From IMG/VR virus record IMGVR_UViG_3300010214_000031, positions 1 through 56,558 of that record: 56,558 bases of DNA, one strand, 5' to 3'. The notes beneath the pieces were generated by a model, which worked only from the letters and a program-made list of their open reading frames with translations, was not told where the DNA came from and searched no databases. The stretch comes from a virus. Lineage: Duplodnaviria > Caudoviricetes. A program made the position numbers and the translations under genes. The first letter of the stretch is position 1; each line of letters starts with the position of its first letter. Of the stretch, positions 28,327 to 37,674 are shown piece by piece.

Positions 28327-28748
28327 CAGGTCACCGTGTGGACGGATGCGCCGAAGTCGACCGTGAACGTCTCGCCGGTCGCAAGCGTCACCGCCGAACC
28401 ATAGTCCCAATAGCAGATCAGAGGATCGGCCGGCGACGTCGGCGTGTCGTTGTACATGATCGAGTAGCGGAACGGGCCGACCGCGCCCGAGGCCGTCCAG
28501 GTGATGTCGACGCCGGTCATCGTGACCGTGCCGCCGGTGCGTGTGCTGTCGTTCTGCGAATCCGCGCCACCGGACGTGTAGCCATTGCCGGCGCTGATCT
28601 CCGACACGTTGGCCCGAACGGCATGGGTGGCCGTGTTCGGCGCCGTGTTCGACAACAGCACGTTGACCGTGTCGGTGGCGCCGAACAGATCGTGGATCTT
28701 GTTCCACATGTCTTCGACGAACTGGTCGTATTTTACATATGAAGCCAA
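28326..28748 (-). CDS. Putative virion structural protein
   Basis: 140 aa; EIS..NGYT.GG...DITWTA...GPFRY...YND...LI.Y.D.G pattern; TTG start with GGAGG RBS. Confidence 0.7.
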   Translation of the reverse strand: MASYVKYDQFVEDMWNKIHDLFGATDTVNVLLSNTAPNTATHAVRANVSEISAGNGYTSGGADSQNDSTRTGGTVTMTGVDITWTASGAVGPFRYSIMYNDTPTSPADPLICYWDYGSAVTLATGETFTVDFGASVHTVT

Positions 28749-28758
28749 GTCGGCCTCC

Positions 28759-31179
28759 CTACTTTGCCTGGGAAACGGACGTGAAGGTGCGGCCGTCCGG
28801 TGTTACGACTGTTCGCGGCGCGGCCTGTGCTTCCGCCATTCGCTCGATTGCCTGGGCGAGCAACTGCTGCCCTGTGCTCATCTCGGCCATGAGTTGCGTG
28901 ACCATCTGCATTGTCTGCTGGCGACCAGCTTCCATTTCTTGCAGCATCTGCATCCATGCCTGGTCGCCGGGCAGGCCTGCGGCGACGCGCTGGCCATCGG
29001 CGTCGGCCGCTTGCGTCTGTAGCGTCTGCGCATGCTGGTTCTGACGCGCCGCCTCTTCTGCCGCTCGATCCTGGCGCGCCCACTCATGCTTTTCGCGCTC
29101 GCGCTCCATTTGCGCGTTATCCGCCAGCGTCTTGCGCTCGGCCTCTTCCTTTCGGGCCTTCATGTCCAGGAGCTGTTTCTGGACCTCGGGCGGTGGGCTT
29201 TCCTCGTTGCCGGCTGGTAGGCGCTTGAAGAAGCGATCGGCGTCCTTGTAGCCCAGCAGGCCCCAGCCCTCTTGCGACATCGCAGCACCGTCAGGGACAA
29301 TGCCGTCCTGCTTGAGCAGCGGCATCATCTCCATGGTCATCTTTACGCCGCCCATGAACTTTTCGAGCTTCTGGCGGTTGTCGAGGGCGCCGATGCCGAT
29401 GTTCACTCGGACTGAAACCCGGGCGCTGCCGAATGCGTCCATCACTTCGGCGAAGGTGATCGGCTCCTTGATGTTCTTGGCATCGACCGATTCGAGATTG
29501 CCGGGCTGCGGCGGCTCCTGTGCGCCGATGATAAGGCCGGCGCGCTCGCCGGCAATGCCCATGACTTCCTCGTTCGACTCGTAAAACTGGATCGAGCGAA
29601 CGACTTGGCGCAGCGTTGGTTCAAGCCAGGTCTCCGCCCAGACGCGCAGATCGAACTCGGTCAGGGCATTTGACGCCGCCGACATGATGTTCATGCCGCC
29701 GACCGTCTCATTGAGCTGACGGTTCGTCTGCACCGAGCCTGTCGAGAACACGCCGGACAGCTCGTCGAAGTCGACGTTGAGGCTGTTCATCTCGACTTGA
29801 TGACCGGCATCGGCCGGTGCTCTGTCGAAGGTGACGTCTTCGGGCTTCTCAACCATGATCGCGGCGTCGGGGCCACGGTTTTGGACCTGGTTGAAATCGA
29901 TGTTCTTGCCACGCACGATCTTGGTGATGGGCGAAATCGCCATCTTGCGCGCGTCGAGCGCAAGATTGGTGAGGTCGTTCATCTCCTGCTGGAGCGGCTG
30001 CCACATCTCGACAGGTGCAGTCGGGTGGGTCTTGTGCGATTCAAGCGAGCCCACACCCATGGTGTAGGGCCGGTCGCCCTTCTGTTCAGGATAACTGTCA
30101 CGCGTCGGGCGCGGGTCCGACAGCAGAATGGTCTCGCCGAGCATCCAGAAGTGCCAGTCTTCGCCGTCATAGCGGTAGAAGCACTCGTACAACCAGATGA
30201 TTTCGCCATTGCCGTCGGAATGACGGCTCTCGTAGCGGTCGATGCCGTCTTCACGAGCGCGGCGCACACCGTCGTTGCGGCGCATGGTGCTCGCGCGCGC
30301 CTGCAAGACGCGCGACAGGTCGATGTTCTTGCGCCAGGCGCCGCCACCCATCATCGGCCGCGCCGCATTGCGCTGGATCGTGGTCTCGCAATCCTCCTTG
30401 CGCATCGGATAGCCGGCGATGAAGTAGCCGCCTTCCTGGATGGGATCGCGCCAGTCGCCCGTGGGGTCGATGAAAGCGTGCTCAGGCGGCAGAAGCGTCA
30501 CCATCGGCCGGTCGCGGACCTTCTCGCGATCCATCTCGATCCACTGGTCGTCGCTGCCCTCGCCCGTCTCCGGGTCGATGACAGGGATGCCGTTTTCGTC
30601 CATCTTGGGGCCGGTGACGAGCACTTCGAACTCGCGCTCTTCGAACTCCCAATGCTGCTTTGACACGCAGATGCCGGTGAGCTGGGTATCCTGGCGGGCG
30701 CCGATGGCCGTCATGAACCAGTTGGGGCCGGTCATGCGCGTGCTTTCCTCGAACCGATAGTTCAGCACGGCATGGATGAAGCCGGACGTCGCCACCTGCA
30801 CGCGGTCGGACTTGCGCACCGCCTCGATGTTGACCACCTCTGCGGTCGAGAACAGCGCCGAGGCAGCGGCACCGTCATTCTTGCGCACCGCCATGCGGGT
30901 CTTCGGCTTGAACAGCTTCGACCGATGCCGATACCGCTTCGAATCGTACTTCGAACCGTTCATGTGCCGGTTCTGGAAGGCGCGATAGTTGCGGCTCCAT
31001 GCCGGCTTGAGCTTGAGCTGCTGGAAGTCCGACGACGCCTTCAACGCCGCCTTGAACATGCGGAGCCAGTCCGCATCGCCCAGATAAGCCTCATCGTCCA
31101 GCCCGGCGTCTGCCGGACCGCCGGCCTTGGTCAGGCCGTCCTCGAGGTTGTCGTCGGGACCGTCAGAGGAGGGGCGCAA
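28759..31179 (-). CDS. Portal protein
   Basis: ~800 aa after the terminase; SKLFKPKTR, NETVGGM, C-terminal coiled coil; start uncertain. Confidence 0.85.
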   Translation of the reverse strand: MRPSSDGPDDNLEDGLTKAGGPADAGLDDEAYLGDADWLRMFKAALKASSDFQQLKLKPAWSRNYRAFQNRHMNGSKYDSKRYRHRSKLFKPKTRMAVRKNDGAAASALFSTAEVVNIEAVRKSDRVQVATSGFIHAVLNYRFEESTRMTGPNWFMTAIGARQDTQLTGICVSKQHWEFEEREFEVLVTGPKMDENGIPVIDPETGEGSDDQWIEMDREKVRDRPMVTLLPPEHAFIDPTGDWRDPIQEGGYFIAGYPMRKEDCETTIQRNAARPMMGGGAWRKNIDLSRVLQARASTMRRNDGVRRAREDGIDRYESRHSDGNGEIIWLYECFYRYDGEDWHFWMLGETILLSDPRPTRDSYPEQKGDRPYTMGVGSLESHKTHPTAPVEMWQPLQQEMNDLTNLALDARKMAISPITKIVRGKNIDFNQVQNRGPDAAIMVEKPEDVTFDRAPADAGHQVEMNSLNVDFDELSGVFSTGSVQTNRQLNETVGGMNIMSAASNALTEFDLRVWAETWLEPTLRQVVRSIQFYESNEEVMGIAGERAGLIIGAQEPPQPGNLESVDAKNIKEPITFAEVMDAFGSARVSVRVNIGIGALDNRQKLEKFMGGVKMTMEMMPLLKQDGIVPDGAAMSQEGWGLLGYKDADRFFKRLPAGNEESPPPEVQKQLLDMKARKEEAERKTLADNAQMEREREKHEWARQDRAAEEAARQNQHAQTLQTQAADADGQRVAAGLPGDQAWMQMLQEMEAGRQQTMQMVTQLMAEMSTGQQLLAQAIERMAEAQAAPRTVVTPDGRTFTSVSQAK

Positions 31180-31576
31180 GGTGCCCTCGCCCGGTCAACC
31201 GGCTGCCCAGCGGCATCGCCTCGAGCGCATTGCGCCAGTGGTCGAGATTGAAGGCTCCGCGCCTGATCTGGTAGCGCTCCAGCAGCTCACCGGCGCCCTT
31301 CAGCACCGTGCGCTTGCCACCGACGTCTGAAATGACGTCGTGGAGCTTGACCACATACCAGCGGTTGGGCGGCATGATACCGTTGAGCCGGATCTTGATG
31401 ATGCCGCCGTTGGCGTACATCACCACCTCGACGAGCCAGGCATGGCCCGGATACTCACGATTCAGCAGCTCACCGGTCCATTTGGCCGTCGCCATCTTGG
31501 CCTTGGCAAAAGGATCCTCGGAGAGGTCATCTCCAAGGCCGGGGTGCTCGTACTTGAGCGACATTTCGAATTTCAT
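31163..31576 (-). CDS. Hypothetical phage protein
   Basis: L.REYPGH.W...GAGELLERY; GGGAGGAG RBS. Confidence 0.65.
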   Translation of the reverse strand: MKFEMSLKYEHPGLGDDLSEDPFAKAKMATAKWTGELLNREYPGHAWLVEVVMYANGGIIKIRLNGIMPPNRWYVVKLHDVISDVGGKRTVLKGAGELLERYQIRRGAFNLDHWRNALEAMPLGSRLTGRGHLAPLL

Positions 31577-31589
31577 GGTCGCTCCTCCC

Positions 31590-31856
31590 TTAGTTGCCAG
31601 CACCGACGCTCACCGAGTAGCCGATGGCCTTGCCGTCGTACTCCTCGTCCTGGAAGAGGAATGGAAAGATTGCCTCGCTTCCATCGATGGCGACTGTCGG
31701 GTGAGCAGGGTTCACGCCAGCCGGCCCGCGAAAGTTCGCAGCCTTGCCGCACTCGCTGCACTTGCCCTGCACCTCGAGGTACTTGATGTTCGTATCCCCG
31801 AAGTGCTGCAAGTTCAGATGCCAATGCATTTGCTCGGCGCAATTGTGCTGTGCCAT
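31590..31856 (-). CDS. Small Zn-ribbon-like protein
   Basis: MAQHNC start, CSECG. Confidence 0.55.
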   Translation of the reverse strand: MAQHNCAEQMHWHLNLQHFGDTNIKYLEVQGKCSECGKAANFRGPAGVNPAHPTVAIDGSEAIFPFLFQDEEYDGKAIGYSVSVGAGN

Positions 31857-31864
31857 GAGGCTTC

Positions 31865-32035
31865 TCACTCGTCCGGATAGGCGGTGTTGATCTTGTTGGG
31901 GTCGCCGCGGAACTGGCGGCCGTTCGAAAACTCGAACAGCTTTTCGCGCTTGCGCTTGGCGTAGAAGTCGGGGTCCGCTTTGAGCACGATCGACCACCAC
32001 GAAAATTCGATGTTCTTGACGTCACCGTCCGGCAT
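31865..32035 (-). CDS. 56-aa hypothetical protein (not in ORF track)
   Basis: Hand translation MPDGDVKNIEFSWWSIVLK...YPDE; GGAGG RBS; fills the operon gap. Confidence 0.6.
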   Translation of the reverse strand: MPDGDVKNIEFSWWSIVLKADPDFYAKRKREKLFEFSNGRQFRGDPNKINTAYPDE

Positions 32036-32426
32036 CTGACCCTCCTATGAGCAGACGGCGGACCTCCGCCATTTTGCGGTCAAACCATGCGACGCGTGCT
32101 TCGCCTTCGATCGGGTCGGCGAATGTGATCAGATCGCCGTCCTGTCGCATGGCGATGATGACGGCCAGATCCTCTGGCTTCTCCTTGAGCAGCCGCCGCA
32201 GCACCAGTTGCGGTGCATCTGACGCGATAAGCACTCGGTCGACCCTGGCAGGCGTCGCGGGATTGGCCGGCACGGGTTCCTTCACCCACTCCCCAATCGC
32301 GCTCGCTGTTGCCTTGCACTGAGCGCATTCGATGTGCTGGTCGTCGAAAACCTTGAACGTCGAGCAGCCACATTCGCAGATCCATATCAGCGGCTGGCGA
32401 CGCGGAAAGGAAACGACATCGCTCAC
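32022..32426 (-). CDS. Hypothetical Zn-ribbon protein
   Basis: GTG start with GTGA coupling; CECGC...CAQC. Confidence 0.6.
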   Translation of the reverse strand: MSDVVSFPRRQPLIWICECGCSTFKVFDDQHIECAQCKATASAIGEWVKEPVPANPATPARVDRVLIASDAPQLVLRRLLKEKPEDLAVIIAMRQDGDLITFADPIEGEARVAWFDRKMAEVRRLLIGGSDAGR

Positions 32427-32761
32427 GGCTTCGGCGCCCCGATCTTGTGGAACGCCAGCGCCCTCATGTCGTCGAGATGGGCTTTCGTCGCCTTCATCGA
32501 CTCGCGGGTGTCGTTGAAGCCGTCGGGACGCAGACCGAGTTCCCATGCGCAGTTCATCGCGGCTCGCAAGAAACCTTCCACATCTTCCGACAGATCGTCG
32601 AAGGGTGTCGCACCACGCGGGACGGCCTCATCGACCCTTATCTGTTTGAAAGTCAGGCCCGTCACCAGGTCCAGACTGCCGTTGTCATGTCGCTTCCCGA
32701 AGATCAGTACAGGACCGCGCAACAACGGGTCTTGCTGGGTGTAGAACTTCCACTGGCTCAT
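32423..32761 (-). CDS. Hypothetical phage protein
   Basis: MSQWK start after the terminase; AWELGLRP...HLDDMR. Confidence 0.65.
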   Translation of the reverse strand: MSQWKFYTQQDPLLRGPVLIFGKRHDNGSLDLVTGLTFKQIRVDEAVPRGATPFDDLSEDVEGFLRAAMNCAWELGLRPDGFNDTRESMKATKAHLDDMRALAFHKIGAPKP

Positions 32762-32775
32762 GGGGCGCCTCTCCC

Positions 32776-34488
32776 TCATGCATCCGCTGCGGCCGGCAGC
32801 TCGGGGATGATGTCGTTGACCGAGGGCGGCACTGGCTCGATGTCGTAGATGCGGCTCGTTGCGTCGACCAAATCGTCGTGGGTCGCGAACGGGAAATACA
32901 GCATCTCGTCCATCAGCATGCGCGTCAGGTCGTAGACTTCCTTTTCGTCGTTCTTCCGGGACAGTGCCTTGCAGGCCAGATAGCCCTGGCCGCGCTGCGT
33001 CACCGCCTTGATGGTTTGCAGCTCGCCCTCGAGCGGGCGGAACTTCATCTGGCCGGCTTCCTCGTCCACCTCCCACAGGCAGGTGCCTGCGCCGGTGACG
33101 TGCACCAGGCCCGGCAGGTAGAAGGAACCGAACTCGAAATCTGGCTGCAGGCGCTCGACGCGGTTGACCTTCGACGCCGAGCCCTCGCGCGGCCAAGCCA
33201 GCTCCTCGATCGCGAAGACATAGCCCTCGGTGCGCATGCGCTCGCGGAAATGCTCGTCGTCGGTCTGTTGGCCGAAGCTCTCGTAGCCGACCTTGACGAT
33301 GCCGACGCCCGGCGTCGTGCTCCACTTCTTGTGCAGGTGCTTGAGGTGATCCCACCTCTGCGACAGCGTCATGCGGTGGCAGAAGCCGTCCAGCAGATAC
33401 TTGTTGCCGCCTGCATCGAGCCCGATGACCGCCATGGCGGTGCGGTCGCTCTTGGCCGTCCTGCCCTTGCTTGGGTCACCGAGGATGTAGACGTTCATGG
33501 TCGCCGGCCGCACGAACCAGGGCCTGAACCATTCTGGCAAGAAGCGCTGTTCCTTGCCCGACAGCGGGTTTTGCAGCATCTGGGCGGCCAACGTAGACCG
33601 CTGGGTCTTCTTCTTGTTGTCCCATGCCTGTTGCGACAGGAAGATCGGCCGGCCGTCTATCTTGCCATTGTGCGTCGCCGGGTAGATGCGCGGCGTCACG
33701 ATGTTGCGGTCGAGGATGTCCGCATATGTGTCGGCGAAGCTGTAGCGGGTGCCGATGTACTGCACCTGGCCGCCATGGGCGCCGAGGTTGTCCGACATTT
33801 CCCACGCTTCGGTGGTCTTCTTGACCTGATCCGACGTGTTCACCGATTCCAGCGTCACCACGTCGTCATAACAGCGCAGCTTGAAGTGCTTGGACGTCGG
33901 CTGCCCGTCGACCAGCCCCCAGCCCTCTATGGTGGCTTCCTTCGGATTGCTCTTGCGGCGCACCGTGAAGGCGTCTTCGGTCCAGAGCGGCGCGTGGCTC
34001 GTCTTGCGCCAGCAGATGTCCTCATAGACGGAACGGAAGCGCTCGTTGCGCTCGAACTCGCCACGGATCTGCTTCACGAACGCCTTGGCGATCTTCCTGG
34101 TGTGCGAGAAGATGCCGATGGTGATCTCGGGATCGTTGACGATCTCCTGCAGCGAGCCCGCGAAGGTGATGATCGTCGACTTGTAGTGTTCGCGGCTCCA
34201 CAGGTCGATGTGCCCATATGGTGCCAGCTCGACCTCGCGGCAGCGGTCGTAGAGCCACGGGTGGAGCACGTCATGGCGCCCGAGCAAGTCGGACAACAGG
34301 AAGAACCTGTCGACGCAGCCCAGGTAGGCAAGCGTGGTGCGGCCCATGTGGGGCACCATGTCCATGTAGAATTCCAGCGCCTCGATAAAGTCGAGACTGT
34401 GCAGCTTGCCGGCATCGACGAAATCGACGAGTGCCTGCTCGACCTTGCCAGTGGCCTTATACCTGTCGCCCTTGTAGACGAGCTGCAT
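32776..34488 (-). CDS. terL: Terminase large subunit
   Basis: SREHYKST Walker A, YDD Walker B, GTRY, nuclease DPS...HDDLVDA. Confidence 0.92.
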   Translation of the reverse strand: MQLVYKGDRYKATGKVEQALVDFVDAGKLHSLDFIEALEFYMDMVPHMGRTTLAYLGCVDRFFLLSDLLGRHDVLHPWLYDRCREVELAPYGHIDLWSREHYKSTIITFAGSLQEIVNDPEITIGIFSHTRKIAKAFVKQIRGEFERNERFRSVYEDICWRKTSHAPLWTEDAFTVRRKSNPKEATIEGWGLVDGQPTSKHFKLRCYDDVVTLESVNTSDQVKKTTEAWEMSDNLGAHGGQVQYIGTRYSFADTYADILDRNIVTPRIYPATHNGKIDGRPIFLSQQAWDNKKKTQRSTLAAQMLQNPLSGKEQRFLPEWFRPWFVRPATMNVYILGDPSKGRTAKSDRTAMAVIGLDAGGNKYLLDGFCHRMTLSQRWDHLKHLHKKWSTTPGVGIVKVGYESFGQQTDDEHFRERMRTEGYVFAIEELAWPREGSASKVNRVERLQPDFEFGSFYLPGLVHVTGAGTCLWEVDEEAGQMKFRPLEGELQTIKAVTQRGQGYLACKALSRKNDEKEVYDLTRMLMDEMLYFPFATHDDLVDATSRIYDIEPVPPSVNDIIPELPAAADA

Positions 34489-34502
34489 GCATCAGTGCCG
34501 GC

Positions 34503-35096
34503 CTACTTGGCAAAGCGCTTGAGCGCTTCGTCGAAGTGCAGCACGTTTGAGCCTGCCGGCTTCTCGGCATCGGGCTGTTGTTCCTCGCCGCCCTCGCCTT
34601 CGCCTGTGTTCAAGATCCGCAGCAGCTCCACCAGCGCGCCGCGCTTGTCGTAGAACTTGATCTTGATGCCTTCCTTGGTGTTGGACACCTCGGAGATGGC
34701 GGCGGCGGTCTCCTCGTCGATCTCGCTACTGTCGAGCAGGGTGACGCCATTCGACATGACGATGTTGCCATCCAGCATTTCGCGGATCTTCTGCGTCGGG
34801 CCCCACTTCACCGCCTTGCGGATGTCGGCAAAGCCTATGCGGCGCAACTGCTCGATCACCTGCTCGCGCGTCACGCCTACAGCTTGGATGGCCTGCTGGG
34901 TGGCGGCCTTCTCGATGTGCTGCCTGGTGGCCTTCAGCTCTTCGACGCGATCGACGATGTATTGCTTGCGGCTCAGCGTGCTTGCATTGCCGCGATTTTC
35001 GCTGAAGCCTGCCAGCACATAGGCTGTGCTTGCGGTCAGGCCTTCCGCCAGCTTTTGCGCGAAAAGCTCATGCTTTGCTTTTGAAAGCGCCGGCAT
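34503..35096 (-). CDS. terS: Terminase small subunit
   Basis: KHELFAQ...AYVLAGFS HTH, IKFYDK; directly upstream of terL. Confidence 0.85.
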   Translation of the reverse strand: MPALSKAKHELFAQKLAEGLTASTAYVLAGFSENRGNASTLSRKQYIVDRVEELKATRQHIEKAATQQAIQAVGVTREQVIEQLRRIGFADIRKAVKWGPTQKIREMLDGNIVMSNGVTLLDSSEIDEETAAAISEVSNTKEGIKIKFYDKRGALVELLRILNTGEGEGGEEQQPDAEKPAGSNVLHFDEALKRFAK

Positions 35097-35308
35097 TAAT
35101 TCAGCTCGTGCGTCTCGACGACATGGCCGACGTCGTTGATGACCTCGACCTTGCCATGGAGGTACAGGCGCGCAGCGTCCGTTCCATTGACCTCGTGGGC
35201 GCAGAAGAACGCCTTGGCGACATGGCCCTTCGCCTCATGGAAGCTGCCGACCGCGCATGGCGTGTAGGTCGTGCCGTCGGCAGTGGTGTGCTTTACGGTC
35301 AACATCAT
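35096..35308 (-). CDS. Hypothetical small protein
   Basis: TAATG coupling to terS; GAGG RBS. Confidence 0.6.
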   Translation of the reverse strand: MMLTVKHTTADGTTYTPCAVGSFHEAKGHVAKAFFCAHEVNGTDAARLYLHGKVEVINDVGHVVETHELN

Positions 35309-35354
35309 GTGCCTCGGATGATGTGGCCCCCGACAATGCGAGGGCCGTTGGTGC

Positions 35355-35627
35355 TTAGGCCTGCTGTTCAGCAGGCAGATCGGGGGGGATCAGATCGGGG
35401 GGGATCGGGTACAGGATGCGCTCATCACCGGGCGCCCAGCCCTTGCTCTCATGCTCCGCCTTGCAGAGGGCGTATCCAACCTCATAGGCCACCGCCTCAG
35501 TGTCGAACTCGCCCTTTGTCGAGCAACCACTACTGCCGCGCCCGTTCTCGTCAGGGCCAGAGGTTTCGAAACGCGTGATGACATAGCGCGTCACAGGACG
35601 CACCCTGTATTCGATCAGCATGGTCAT
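35355..35627 (-). CDS. Hypothetical phage protein
   Basis: IEYRVRPVTRY.ITR; AAGGA RBS. Confidence 0.65.
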   Translation of the reverse strand: MTMLIEYRVRPVTRYVITRFETSGPDENGRGSSGCSTKGEFDTEAVAYEVGYALCKAEHESKGWAPGDERILYPIPPDLIPPDLPAEQQA

Positions 35628-35714
35628 TTCCTTTCGTTGAAAGCGGCGGCCTCAGCCGCCTATCCGAACGATTTCGGATGCCATTGCCGCGCTGTGGCGG
35701 CGAAATCTGATTGG

Positions 35715-35786
35715 TGGAGCGGACTGCCGGAGTCGAACCGGCCTTGGCAGCTTGGAGGGCTGTTGCCTCACCACGAAGAAGCCCGC
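35715..35786 (-). tRNA. Atypical tRNA-Gly(TCC), possibly pseudo-tRNA
   Basis: Acceptor GCGGGCT/AGTCCGC, U73, CCA; T arm GCCGG-TTCGACT-CCGGC; loop CCTCCAA; short D arm. Confidence 0.65.
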
Positions 35787-35965
35787 GAGATCGAAAGGTG
35801 GGCGTGCACCTGATAGCGCAAGCACACGCCCCGTCTGACGTCTTTGCTGGCCGCTCCTCCGTCCGTGTGACCCCGTGTCTCCTGCCACCCGAAGGGGAGG
35901 ACTGACCGCGCATCCCGCGCTTCCGGCACGTCCCGCCCCTCCTAGCCAGCGTGGGGCGGCCATTC

Positions 35966-36043
35966 TGGTTGCAGGGGGAGGATTTGAACCTCCGACCTCG
36001 TGGTTATGAGCCGCGCGAGCTGACCGGACTGCTCTACCCTGCG
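35966..36043 (-). tRNA. tRNA-Met(CAT), initiator type
   Basis: Full cloverleaf, C1:A72 mismatch, loop CTCATAA, TTCAAAT, encoded CCA. Confidence 0.9.
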
Positions 36044-36344
36044 AAACTGGCTGCCGGGGACCAAACCGGCGTTTAGGCTTTCGCCATGGTCTCTTCCCGT
36101 TGACCATACGGGTCCTGGGAATCTGATTGCCGGGCTACCCTCCCGGCTGGCCGCTGGTGCCGGATACCAACCCGGCTTAGGTTGCGAAATGCGGGGCGCA
36201 GCGGCTTCCCCTGATATTCGTGTAAGTCTTTGAAATAGCTACGCTATCACCGCGAGAACGTCGCCGCTCTATCGCCGTGGGGAGAATGCTAGTCGCTCGG
36301 CCAATATCGGCTGCGATCTGATCAGCGGCTCGTCCCGATTGCGG

Positions 36345-36373
36345 CTCTAGGGTGATTTGCTTTTGCTTTGCAA
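36345..36373 (-). promoter_or_regulatory. Putative late promoter
   Basis: TTGCAA-17 bp-CTAGAG on the minus strand at the head of the non-coding leader. Confidence 0.4.
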
Positions 36374-36386
36374 GGCGTCGCGCGCG

Positions 36387-36743
36387 TTACGTTTTGCCAA
36401 ATTTGCGCTTCAGCCGCTCGTACTCGGCGCGGTCGGTTTTGTTAGTCTCCTCCCACTTGTCGATCGCACGGATATCGTTGATCGCCTGCTCCCCGCGCCA
36501 CGTGGGCGTGACGAGTTCGCGCCAGTTGGGATTGAAGGCAAAGAACCCGTTCTGGTTCAGGAAATTGGACGAGACCGACATCTTCTCATTGTCGCGGTGC
36601 AGCTCGATCCAGTCGCGCGATGTGTCCACCCCGGTCATCTGGCTATGATGGGTAATCCTGGTGATGCCGCCCCTGGCAAGCCAGCGAGCATCGTTTTCGC
36701 TCATCTCGTGTGTCCAGGCTGGACGCTCGTTGCTCTCGCTCAT
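36387..36743 (-). CDS. Hypothetical protein
   Basis: 118 aa, ATGA coupling; ends EYERLKRKF. Confidence 0.65.
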   Translation of the reverse strand: MSESNERPAWTHEMSENDARWLARGGITRITHHSQMTGVDTSRDWIELHRDNEKMSVSSNFLNQNGFFAFNPNWRELVTPTWRGEQAINDIRAIDKWEETNKTDRAEYERLKRKFGKT

Positions 36744-37129
36744 GTGCGCAACTGAATGTTGAAGTGTATCTCAGGAATCGTGCCCCGGATTACGGTGGTG
36801 GGGACAGGCCGATCCAGCAACGAATAGGCCGTCAGATCGACACGCATTGACCTGCTGCTGTCGGCCTTGCGATCTGATGCCAGCACCCGCTCGGCGACGG
36901 GAACAAGCTGCGGCCCCAGCGTCCGGCCCAACTGGAAACCGATCTGCTTGACGCACTCGCCGATGTAATCCTGCTGCTCGGCCAGGCGCTGGAACGCATC
37001 CTCTACCGCGAGATGCTGGCGGCTTCGGGCAGAATGGGCCAGCCGCTCAGCGACTCGTAATGACGCCTCGAGTTCGGCAATGCGCTCTCGCGCTGCGCGC
37101 CTCTGGTTTCGACCGTATCGCTTAGCCAT
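36740..37129 (-). CDS. Hypothetical protein
   Basis: MAKRYGRNQRR start, GGAG RBS. Confidence 0.65.
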   Translation of the reverse strand: MAKRYGRNQRRAARERIAELEASLRVAERLAHSARSRQHLAVEDAFQRLAEQQDYIGECVKQIGFQLGRTLGPQLVPVAERVLASDRKADSSRSMRVDLTAYSLLDRPVPTTVIRGTIPEIHFNIQLRT

Positions 37130-37373
37130 GGTGTTTCTCCTGCAGCGCCTGCCGAAGCTTGCGTGCCGTCTCCGGGTGCATGTGGATCGAGCCATCCGGC
37201 ATCTGATAGCCGTTCGGGTCGGGATCTCGTCGGATGATGATGTTCTGGCGGTGCTTGGCGCGCCGACGACGAGCTCGCCCCGGTGAACGCACACTCGACC
37301 AGTCCTCGACCGGAATGGTGAGGAGAACGCTCTCGCAGATTTCGACGCTCCCGAAGCGACCGAAGTCAGTCAT
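37122..37373 (-). CDS. Hypothetical protein
   Basis: MTDFG start; DWS.VRSP.RARRR...MHP. Confidence 0.6.
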   Translation of the reverse strand: MTDFGRFGSVEICESVLLTIPVEDWSSVRSPGRARRRRAKHRQNIIIRRDPDPNGYQMPDGSIHMHPETARKLRQALQEKHHG

Positions 37374-37674
37374 GACCTGTGCCCTCCAGACGCAGGTTGG
37401 CGTCGCCGTAGATGTGCAAGAAGCCGGGCTCATGCTCGACCACGTAGCGAACCTTGCCGGCCGTGGTCTTGAAGACGGCGCGGACCTCGCCGACGAGCTG
37501 GTAAACGCCGGTGTACTTCTCGACGCGCTCGCCGACGGCATAGGTCGCGACTTCGCCCTTGTGCTCGGCGAGCGCGGCCCGCAGTTTTCGATATTCCTCG
37601 CGGGCGGGGTGCTTGGATTTGGCATGCTGACTGACCAGCGCCCAGATCGCACCGGTTTTGACGGTTTCAGGCAT
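37366..37674 (-). CDS. Hypothetical protein (SH3-like C-terminus)
   Basis: MPETV start; VGERVEK..G....GEVRAVF...RYVVE. Confidence 0.6.
   Translation of the reverse strand: MPETVKTGAIWALVSQHAKSKHPAREEYRKLRAALAEHKGEVATYAVGERVEKYTGVYQLVGEVRAVFKTTAGKVRYVVEHEPGFLHIYGDANLRLEGTGHD

Noticed and set aside
35551-36107. ORFs across the tRNA region
   Set aside because: They overlap tRNAs and hairpins and lack protein-like composition
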